From a bacterium (GTDB lineage Bacteria > Zhuqueibacterota > Zhuqueibacteria > Residuimicrobiales > Krinioviventaceae), in NCBI GenBank assembly GCA_963693055.1, contig OY843751.1:2592001-2656000 (forward strand): a stretch of 64,000 nt of DNA, read 5' to 3'. Of the stretch, positions 56,896 to 64,000 are shown piece by piece. Below the pieces are notes generated by a model, which saw only the letters and a program-made list of their open reading frames with translations, was not told where the DNA came from and did no database searches. Position 1 is the first letter of the stretch, and every line of letters starts with the position of its first letter. The translations under genes and the position numbers were made by a program.

Positions 56896-58239
56896 ATGGG
56901 TTCATCAATAAAAAGTACTGCCAGGTATTGGGCATTTCAAGCTATTGCAAGGGTTGAAGGTGACAATGCTTATACAGATTTGGTGTTATCATCACTTTTA
57001 GACAAAAGCCGGAATTTTACTAAAGATCAAGCTGCAATAAATGAAATTGTCAAAGGAGTTATAACGTGGAAACTTTTACTCGACTGGATTGCAAAATCAT
57101 TTTTAAACAAGCCAGAATCTATTCCTCAGGATATTATATGGCTATTGTGGCTAGGTATTTACCAGATTAAGTTTTTAAATACACCTGATTTTGCCGCTGT
57201 CAATGAAACTGTAGAACTGGCAAAGGCTTTGAGATTACACAAATGGACTCGATTAATTAATGCGGTACTAAGAAATACTATACGTAATGCAAACTCTATT
57301 CAATTACCTGATAAGGAAAAAGATCCAGTCAGATTTTTGTCTGTTTCTCAGTCTCATCCTGAATGGTTAATAGAGCATTGGTTGGATGAATTTGGATTTA
57401 AAAAGACAGAATCATTGTGCATAGCAAATAATAAAGTGCCAAATGTATCAATAAGAATTAATCCTGTAAAAACATCAGGTGAGCATGTTGAACGCATTTT
57501 GCAGGAGAATCAATTTAGTTACAAGAAATCAAAGTTACCCGGCTTTTACCGTATAGCACAAATGGATAGTGCAATATTCCGCGGGATGATTAATGATGGT
57601 TTGATTACGGTTCAAGATGAAAGTGCAGCACTTGTTTCATTACTGGTAGATCCACAACCACAATCAGTAATATTTGACCTGTGTGCTGCTCCGGGAGGTA
57701 AAACAACTCATCTTGCTGAATTGAGTAAAGATGCAGCTGTAATTGTAGCAGGTGATCTAAATCATGCACGCGCAGGTTTGGTCAGAAAAACAGCGAACCG
57801 GTTGGGGGTAAATTCTATTAACACTCTAATTTCTGATGCTCTACATTTTCCTGCAAAAGAAGCTGATTGTGTACTTGTTGACGCGCCATGTTCCGGGCTG
57901 GGAGTTTTACGAAAAAAGCCGGACTTGAGATGGAACAAAACAAATACTGATATTTCTTTATTGAATGTTATACAAAAAAATATTTTACAACATGCTGCTC
58001 AACTGGTAAAAAATGGTGGAACTCTGGTTTACAGTACGTGTACAATTGAAAAAAAGGAAAATGAAAATATAATATTTGATTTTCTTGAAAAAAATCCCAA
58101 TTTTGGTATACAAAATTTAGAAACAAATGCATTATTGAATCGTTTTTTAACTAAAGATAAAATGATACGTACCTGGCCTGACCGAGATAATATGGATGGT
58201 AGTTTTTCCGTTAAATTGAAAAAAATTAAAGGAATTTAA
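56896..58239 (+). CDS. rsmB: 16S rRNA m5C967 methyltransferase RsmB/Sun
   Basis: NusB-like N-terminus (AAVNETVE, INAVLR), SHPEWL, QDESA, DLCAAPGGKT, DAPCSG, YSTCT; ATG 56896. Confidence 0.95.
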   Translation: MGSSIKSTARYWAFQAIARVEGDNAYTDLVLSSLLDKSRNFTKDQAAINEIVKGVITWKLLLDWIAKSFLNKPESIPQDIIWLLWLGIYQIKFLNTPDFAAVNETVELAKALRLHKWTRLINAVLRNTIRNANSIQLPDKEKDPVRFLSVSQSHPEWLIEHWLDEFGFKKTESLCIANNKVPNVSIRINPVKTSGEHVERILQENQFSYKKSKLPGFYRIAQMDSAIFRGMINDGLITVQDESAALVSLLVDPQPQSVIFDLCAAPGGKTTHLAELSKDAAVIVAGDLNHARAGLVRKTANRLGVNSINTLISDALHFPAKEADCVLVDAPCSGLGVLRKKPDLRWNKTNTDISLLNVIQKNILQHAAQLVKNGGTLVYSTCTIEKKENENIIFDFLEKNPNFGIQNLETNALLNRFLTKDKMIRTWPDRDNMDGSFSVKLKKIKGI

Positions 58240-58241
58240 TT

Positions 58242-59018
58242 TTGAAAAAGATAAACTGGAAATCTTTTTTTCAATGGTTTCTATTTGGCGTTTCAACAAT
58301 TTTAATATTTCTACTCTTTTATTTTATTTTTGATAAAATTGTAATGCCATTATATACCCGACATTCACAACAAGTTGTTGTACCTGATATCACAAACAAA
58401 AGTATGCGTGTTTCTGAAAAATTGTTAAAAGATTCAAATCTGAATCTTGTAGTTTATGAAGAAAAGTTTGATAGTAATTATCCACCAGGATTTGTGCTCT
58501 TTCAAAATCCTGCTCCCGGATCAAAGGTTAAAAAGGGAAGACGTATATATTTAACTGTAGGCAAAGGTCAGCAAATTATAGAAATGCCGCAATTAATTGG
58601 CAATTCAGAACGCGATGCTAAATTTATACTTTCCCAAAACAAATTGGTATTGAAAAATATTAAATACAAAAATGATAATGAATATCTAGTTGGTGTTACC
58701 TGCAATCAGTCTGTATCACCCGGTGAAATGGTTGCCGTTGGTGAAGAAATTAATATTACAGTTAGTCTTGGAAGAGATCCTAACCGGGTAATTGTACCCG
58801 AAGTTGTTGGGAAATCACTTAAAGATGCTATTTATAGTTTAAAATCCGCAGGTCTTTTTATAACACAATACGAATATCAAAGTACCGATAAAGTTTTGCC
58901 GAACACTGTATTGGGACAATCTCTTTCTCCCGGTACACAAGTAACCAAAAATGATTCAATCCGTCTCGTACTTAGTAAACTTCCCGGCAATGTGGATGAG
59001 GAGAAATTGCAATGGTAA
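58242..59018 (+). CDS. Membrane-anchored triple-PASTA domain protein
   Basis: N-terminal TM, then three PASTA repeats (VVPDITNKS, MPQLIGNS, VPEVVGKS, each with Q.P.PG/QS.SPG). Confidence 0.9.
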   Translation: MKKINWKSFFQWFLFGVSTILIFLLFYFIFDKIVMPLYTRHSQQVVVPDITNKSMRVSEKLLKDSNLNLVVYEEKFDSNYPPGFVLFQNPAPGSKVKKGRRIYLTVGKGQQIIEMPQLIGNSERDAKFILSQNKLVLKNIKYKNDNEYLVGVTCNQSVSPGEMVAVGEEINITVSLGRDPNRVIVPEVVGKSLKDAIYSLKSAGLFITQYEYQSTDKVLPNTVLGQSLSPGTQVTKNDSIRLVLSKLPGNVDEEKLQW

Positions 59019-59662
59019 AAATAGCCCCGTCAGTTCTTAGCGCAGATTTTGCATATATGTCAGATCAGATACAGGATGCAGAAAAGGGTGGAGCAGATTG
59101 GATCCATCTGGATATTATGGATGGCCACTTTGTACCCAATATAACCTTTGGCCCATTTATCATTAAAAGTTTAAGAAAACTAACCAATCTAACTTTTGAT
59201 GCTCACTTGATGATTGAAAATGCAGATTTATATCTTGAAGATTTTAAAAATGCCGGTGTTGACCAACTTACAGTACATTATGAAGCATGCCCACATTTAT
59301 GGAGCACAATCGATAAAATCCACGCACTTGGCTTAAAAGCTGGTGTTACCCTGAATCCCGCTACACCTGTTTCCCTTATTGAATCTATTTTACATAAAGT
59401 AGAGTTGGTACTTGTAATGACTGTTGAGCCAGGATTTGGCGGACAAAAATTTATACCTGAAATGTTGGAAAAAATTCAACATTTATATCAATTCAAAGTA
59501 ATGAACGGTTTAGACTATCATATACAGGTAGACGGCGGAATTGATAAGGAAACCGCACCTCTTGTAGTAAATGCCGGTGCAGACGTTTTGGTTGCAGGAA
59601 GTGCTATTTTTAATCATAAAGATATTAAAGGTGCCATAGATAACTTAAAAGCCGTTTTGTAG
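59012..59662 (+). CDS. rpe: Ribulose-phosphate 3-epimerase
   Basis: IAPSVLSADF, HLDIMDGHFVPN, DAHLM, MTVEPGFGGQ, QVDGG, VAGSA. Confidence 0.97.
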   Translation: MVKIAPSVLSADFAYMSDQIQDAEKGGADWIHLDIMDGHFVPNITFGPFIIKSLRKLTNLTFDAHLMIENADLYLEDFKNAGVDQLTVHYEACPHLWSTIDKIHALGLKAGVTLNPATPVSLIESILHKVELVLVMTVEPGFGGQKFIPEMLEKIQHLYQFKVMNGLDYHIQVDGGIDKETAPLVVNAGADVLVAGSAIFNHKDIKGAIDNLKAVL

Positions 59663-59701
59663 ATATAAATAGAAATTTTTTTCGAATAAAATAAATTTCT
59701 C

Positions 59702-59730
59702 TTGACACTCTCCCTTTTGGTTTATATATT
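59702..59730 (+). promoter_or_regulatory. sigma70-type promoter of the cold-shock gene
   Basis: TTGACA-N17-TATATT. Confidence 0.65.
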
Positions 59731-59787
59731 ATAAAGTCAATATAATTTTTATTTTTTTAAAATTTTTGCCAAAAGCAGGAGGGAAAA

Positions 59788-59988
59788 ATGCCAATAGGCA
59801 AAGTTAAATGGTTCAATGACAGTAAGGGTTTTGGCTTTATTGAACAAGAAAATGGCGATGATGTTTTTGTTCATTATTCAGTGATAGATATGGATGGTTT
59901 TAAAACATTATCCGAAGGTCTTGATGTAGAGTTTGATGTTCGGAATAGTGATAAAGGACTGCAGGCGACACGAGTTACTAAAGCTTAA
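59788..59988 (+). CDS. cspA: Cold-shock protein
   Basis: GKVKWFN, KGFGFI (RNP1), DVFVHY (RNP2); AGGAGG RBS. Confidence 0.96.
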   Translation: MPIGKVKWFNDSKGFGFIEQENGDDVFVHYSVIDMDGFKTLSEGLDVEFDVRNSDKGLQATRVTKA

Positions 59989-60010
59989 ATTACCCATAAT
60001 TTATTGACAA

Positions 60011-60043
60011 GCCCCGTATTTTTTTTATACGGGGTTTTTTTTT
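60011..60043 (+). terminator. Intrinsic terminator after csp
   Basis: GCCCCGTAT-loop-ATACGGGGT followed by a long T run. Confidence 0.85.
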
Positions 60044-60100
60044 GTTATAAAAATATTTATTTGGATTATTTAAAATTATTTTAATACATTATACTATTAG

Positions 60101-60568
60101 ATGGAAGAAAATACAAGGCTGGTAATGAAACAGGTATTTACAAAAAAAGATATAGATAAAATTGCACACGTGCTGGATGTTGAGCCCAAGCACAAGGGCA
60201 ATAATTATCGGTTTGTTCTTGTTAATCCCGATACGATGCAGCAACTGTCTTTTGAAATTTACCCTGAAATTCCTATTGGAAATAAAACCGGAAATCTGGT
60301 CTGTGTTTATGCTCCATTTGCACATTTACAGCTTCACTTCTGTACCGGATATGTAGTAAGTGAAATGCTGGGTGAGGTAACCTTTATTGGCGAAAGTGGA
60401 GATAAACTGTCTGGTTTGATCATAGAAAAGGGTGCAGGTTGTTCAATGCATTCCAATGTTGACAAGGAGATTTTATCCGGAGATTTTACCACATTAGGCC
60501 CTGAAATCATGTTGTCTGGTATTGCTTTATCTTTAGCCGAAGATATTTTGCCTGATACTAAAGAATAG
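60101..60568 (+). CDS. Hypothetical protein (155 aa, beta-rich)
   Basis: Clean ORF ending 6 nt before xerD; no motif recognised. Confidence 0.7.
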   Translation: MEENTRLVMKQVFTKKDIDKIAHVLDVEPKHKGNNYRFVLVNPDTMQQLSFEIYPEIPIGNKTGNLVCVYAPFAHLQLHFCTGYVVSEMLGEVTFIGESGDKLSGLIIEKGAGCSMHSNVDKEILSGDFTTLGPEIMLSGIALSLAEDILPDTKE

Positions 60569-60574
60569 TTGTAG

Positions 60575-61483
60575 ATGGATTTACATGATCACCTAAAGGG
60601 GTTTATTGATTATTTAAGAATTGAACGCCAGGTTTCTTTAAATACCGTTGAAGCATATGAACGGGATTTAAAGCGTTACATTGATCATCTTTTATATCTT
60701 GAATTATTGCCTCAGGAACCCATAACACCAAACCATATTGAATCCTATTTGGAAATGCTACACGAAATGCATCTTGCTTCTACATCCATATCCAGAAATT
60801 TATCTGCTGTTAGATCATTTCATCAGTTTTTACTTGGTGAAGGGATTTTTACTAAAGACCCAACCGAAAATATGAATATTCCTAAACCCTGGATGAAATT
60901 ACCCGAGGTTTTGGATGTGCAAGATATTGAGGGCTTGCTGGAACAGCCAGATATTTCGACAGGCAAAGGAATTCGTGACCGTGCAATTATTGAATACATG
61001 TATGCTACAGGTGTACGTGTAACTGAACTGGTCAACTTGAAAATGCAGGATATCCTTTGGGATGATGAATTTGTTCGTGTGTTAGGAAAAGGAAACAAGG
61101 TAAGATATATTCCGGTAAGTCAATCTGCTCTTAAATGGATTCAACAATATTATGAGACGCATCGTGCCAGACTTGCATCTTTGGGTCTATCAGGAGATCG
61201 TGTTTTTCTCAATAAATCCGGCAAAAAACTGAGCAGGCAGTCCATCTGGAAAATGTTAAAAGCATATGCTTTGCAAGGAGGAATTGATAAATTTATCAGC
61301 CCTCATTCGTTACGTCACTCTTTTGCCACACATCTGTTGGAAGGTGGTGCAGATTTAAGAGCTGTTCAGGAAATGTTGGGTCATGCCAGCATTACAACAA
61401 CGCAAATATATACACATCTTGACAGAGAGATGTTAAAAGAAGTAATTAATACGTTTCATCCTATTCAAAATAAAAATTTTTAA
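60575..61483 (+). CDS. xerD: Site-specific tyrosine recombinase XerD
   Basis: NTVEAYERDL, RDRAIIE.MYATGVRVTEL, GKGNK.R, SPHSLRHSFATHLLEGGADLRAVQEMLGH, TTQIYTH. Confidence 0.92.
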   Translation: MDLHDHLKGFIDYLRIERQVSLNTVEAYERDLKRYIDHLLYLELLPQEPITPNHIESYLEMLHEMHLASTSISRNLSAVRSFHQFLLGEGIFTKDPTENMNIPKPWMKLPEVLDVQDIEGLLEQPDISTGKGIRDRAIIEYMYATGVRVTELVNLKMQDILWDDEFVRVLGKGNKVRYIPVSQSALKWIQQYYETHRARLASLGLSGDRVFLNKSGKKLSRQSIWKMLKAYALQGGIDKFISPHSLRHSFATHLLEGGADLRAVQEMLGHASITTTQIYTHLDREMLKEVINTFHPIQNKNF

Positions 61484-61488
61484 AATCA

Positions 61489-62229
61489 ATGCAACACAAT
61501 TATATTGGAAATAATGTAATACTTTTAAATACTGTGGATTCCACCAATGCATATCTACAGCGAAATCCTGATTTACCCTGTGGTACGGTGGTTTCAACTG
61601 AATACCAGACCAAGGGTAAAGGCAGAGGGGGCAAGATCTGGATTTCAGAGCGTAACAATGGATTGCTCTTTTCATTTAAATTCAAACCCAATATTCTGGC
61701 CAAAGATTCAGTATACCTGATGTATCTAACATCTGTAGTTTTGTCAAAATACTTGAATGAAAAATATAATATTTCAGCAGGAATCAAATGGCCCAATGAT
61801 ATTTATATTGAAAATAAAAAGTTGGCAGGAATACTATTAGAAGCAAAATCCGGAAGAAAAAGTATTAAATATGTGGTTATAGGTATTGGTGTAAATATTT
61901 CTGAAAATCAGGATAAAAAAAACCTTCCTGATAATTATAGTTTTCTAGATAATTATATTGAAAAGTTTTATAAATTGGAATTTCTTTTCGGTTTTATTGA
62001 TTATTTCAATACTTATTATCACTCTGTAATTGCAAATGAAAATTTTTTCATAGTTGTTTCTGATTGGAATAAACTCTGTATTCATATAGATAAGATGATA
62101 GAGATCACTACACATTCTCAAAAAAACAGGTATATCTTTAAACGGTTAGATGAATCAGGTGCCATTTTGGTAGAATCTGAAATGGGTCATAAATTGTTGA
62201 CAAATGTAGAGGATATAATATGCTGTTAG
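61489..62229 (+). CDS. birA: Biotin--[acetyl-CoA-carboxylase] ligase (no HTH)
   Basis: VDSTN, QTKGKGRGG..W, IKWPNDI, KKLAGIL, IGIGVN. Confidence 0.93.
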   Translation: MQHNYIGNNVILLNTVDSTNAYLQRNPDLPCGTVVSTEYQTKGKGRGGKIWISERNNGLLFSFKFKPNILAKDSVYLMYLTSVVLSKYLNEKYNISAGIKWPNDIYIENKKLAGILLEAKSGRKSIKYVVIGIGVNISENQDKKNLPDNYSFLDNYIEKFYKLEFLFGFIDYFNTYYHSVIANENFFIVVSDWNKLCIHIDKMIEITTHSQKNRYIFKRLDESGAILVESEMGHKLLTNVEDIICC

Positions 62230-62984
62230 CTATTGATATTGGTAATACTCAAATTGCCGCAGGACTATTTAAAGACGACAATCTTGTTGCTCATTGGAGA
62301 CTTGCCAGTTCTATCAATCGCACTGAAGATGAAACCTGGATCACCATGAAAGCTATTGCTGATTCATTGGGATATGATATTATGAAATCTACTGGTGTTT
62401 CCATATCTTCGGTAGTACCAACAATGACTGCTACATTTGATAAATTATCAAAAAAATACCTGAATCTGGATCCGTTAATTATTAGTCATCAGACTTTGCA
62501 TAATATAGTTCTGGATTATGAAAACCCTGTCAATGTAGGTGCTGACCGAATTTGTAATGCCGAAGCTGGATATGAAAAGTATAAGGCTGCATTGATAATA
62601 GTTGATCTTGGTACTGCAACTACGTTTGATGTAATAGATTCAAAAGGTACATATTTGGGTGGAGTTATTGCACCCGGAATAGAGTCATCTTCATCAATAC
62701 TTCATGAAAAAGCAGCCAGGTTACCCAAAGTTGAGTTGGATTTTCCCGCTTCTGTTATTGGCCGCTCAACCGAAGCCAGTATGCAATCTGGTATTATGTA
62801 TGGTGCAGTTGAAATGGTGAAAGGATTTATTAGTAGAATCAACCAGGAACTGGGCCATTCTCATATTTTGTTAATAACAGGGGGGCTGGGTAAATTTATA
62901 ATGAATAAACTTGATGATGAATATATCCTTGAACCCTTTTTGACCTTAGAAGGGTTAAAGATTCTTTATAAAAATAGAAAATAA
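62220..62984 (+). CDS. coaX: Type III pantothenate kinase
   Basis: AIDIGNT, SSVVP, GADR, VDLGTATT, GGVIAPG, TGG. Confidence 0.96.
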   Translation: MLLAIDIGNTQIAAGLFKDDNLVAHWRLASSINRTEDETWITMKAIADSLGYDIMKSTGVSISSVVPTMTATFDKLSKKYLNLDPLIISHQTLHNIVLDYENPVNVGADRICNAEAGYEKYKAALIIVDLGTATTFDVIDSKGTYLGGVIAPGIESSSSILHEKAARLPKVELDFPASVIGRSTEASMQSGIMYGAVEMVKGFISRINQELGHSHILLITGGLGKFIMNKLDDEYILEPFLTLEGLKILYKNRK

Positions 62985-63080
62985 CACTTTTTTTATAAGG
63001 AAAATATTTTATATTATTAATTGAATCAGATCTGGGGTAGATTTGGTCCTATTTACTATTGTGATGATAGGGATGATGAA

Positions 63081-64000
63081 ATGGAACATAAAGAACAGAT
63101 ACTAGTTGTTGAAGATGATCAGGTTCTTGCGGATTTACTATGGCGTAATTTGCGGAAACTGCAATATGTTGTAACAGATGTTGTTTTATCTGGTGAAGAA
63201 GCTTTAAAAAAAGCAGAGTCTAAGCGCCCTGACCTGGTGCTTATGGATATACGTCTGGGTGGTCAAATGACAGGTATTGAAACTGCTGATTTAATGCGTA
63301 CCCGGTTCAATCTACCAGTTGTATATGTAACTGCCTATTCTGATAAAGAAACTCTGGATAAAGTGAAAAAGACAGAGCCCTATGGTTATATTTTAAAGCC
63401 TTTTGATTCCAAGGACTTACAAATTGCAATTGAAATGGCATTGTATAAACATAAAATTGAAAAAAAACTTCGTGAACGAGAAATCTGGTTCTCAACTACA
63501 TTAAAGAGTATTGGGGATGCAGTAATCAGTACTGATAATAATGGCAATATAACATTTATGAACCCCATTGCTCAGAAACTCACGGGTTGGTCAATAAAGG
63601 AAGCACGAGGAGTTTATATAGATGATGTTTTCAATATTATAAGCAGTGTAGGGAGACATCAACTTGCTAGTCCTGTTCAAGCCGTTATTGCCCGTAATAG
63701 CATAATTAATTATTCTGTACCCAAAATACTTTTAAGTAAAGACGGTACAGAAATTAGCATTGATGATTCCTGGGCACCCATTCATAATGATGATAATAAT
63801 CAATTGAGCGGTATAGTTCTTGTTTTTCGTGATATTACGGAAAGAAAAAAGCTTGAAGAAGATGTGCAAAAGAACCAGAAAATTGAATCTATTGGTTTAT
63901 TAGCCGGTGGTATTGCACATGATTTTAATAACAGATTGTCTGTAATTCTGGGTAATGCACAGTTGGCAAAGCTCAATTATGACAAGGGTAAAGATATCAG
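63081..64000 (+). CDS. Hybrid REC-PAS-histidine kinase, 3'-truncated by the window edge (absent from the ORF track)
   Basis: Translated by hand: [31 protein letters not shown] (REC), [16 protein letters not shown] (PAS), GGIAHDFNN (H-box). Confidence 0.92.
   Translation, partial: MEHKEQILVVEDDQVLADLLWRNLRKLQYVVTDVVLSGEEALKKAESKRPDLVLMDIRLGGQMTGIETADLMRTRFNLPVVYVTAYSDKETLDKVKKTEPYGYILKPFDSKDLQIAIEMALYKHKIEKKLREREIWFSTTLKSIGDAVISTDNNGNITFMNPIAQKLTGWSIKEARGVYIDDVFNIISSVGRHQLASPVQAVIARNSIINYSVPKILLSKDGTEISIDDSWAPIHNDDNNQLSGIVLVFRDITERKKLEEDVQKNQKIESIGLLAGGIAHDFNNRLSVILGNAQLAKLNYDKGKDI

Noticed and set aside
60575-61483. Tyrosine recombinase as a phage or island integrase
   Set aside because: Typical XerD size and motifs, housekeeping context, no att repeats, tRNA or phage genes
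1-64000. CRISPR arrays, tRNA/rRNA genes, IS elements, prophage
   Set aside because: No regularly spaced repeats, cloverleaf or rRNA-like segments, transposases or phage genes seen; intergenic gaps are all under about 200 nt

Overview
AT-rich bacterial chromosome segment. It uses canonical Shine-Dalgarno sites and sigma70-type promoters, yet carries PorV-like barrels, BamD/Lnt and a Bacteroidota-type bS22/mS38 peptide. This suggests a non-Bacteroidia FCB-group lineage such as KSB1, Calditrichota or Ignavibacteria (inference only). Layout: (1) 1-9.7 kb: galactose uptake and GalK, a TPS/TPP fusion plus a TreT-like trehalose enzyme, and znuACB followed by an MBL hydrolase and a cupin. (2) 9.6-22.6 kb: a nine-gene minus-strand accessory block encoding an exported PAP2 phosphatase, a PAS histidine kinase, an Omp85-like barrel, an atypical kinase-fold lipoprotein, two Npt/NTT nucleotide carriers (one fused to HEAT repeats), a cNMP-binding protein, a receiver protein and an SSS transporter. 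This block is the best candidate for an undescribed system, possibly nucleotide export or import linked to extracytoplasmic phosphorylation. (3) 22.7-27.1 kb: a divergent three-gene operon with a REC-NrtA/CmpA-CheW fusion, a DUF169 protein and a DsrC/TusE-like domain fused to a cysteine desulfurase, the second candidate system. (4) 27-63 kb: mostly housekeeping genes (galE, sppA, HU, an unannotated 30-aa ribosomal-type peptide, xseAB, dxs, nadK, mutS, yicC-gmk-rpoZ-coaBC, a degenerate UDG-fold gene, dnaB, rel, lnt, bamD, nadD, radA, tgt, yajC, fmt, rsmB, PASTA protein, rpe, csp, xerD, birA, coaX), ending in a truncated REC-PAS-HisKA gene. No rRNA, tRNA, CRISPR array or mobile element was recognised. 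All family calls come from motif recognition by eye, with no database searches.
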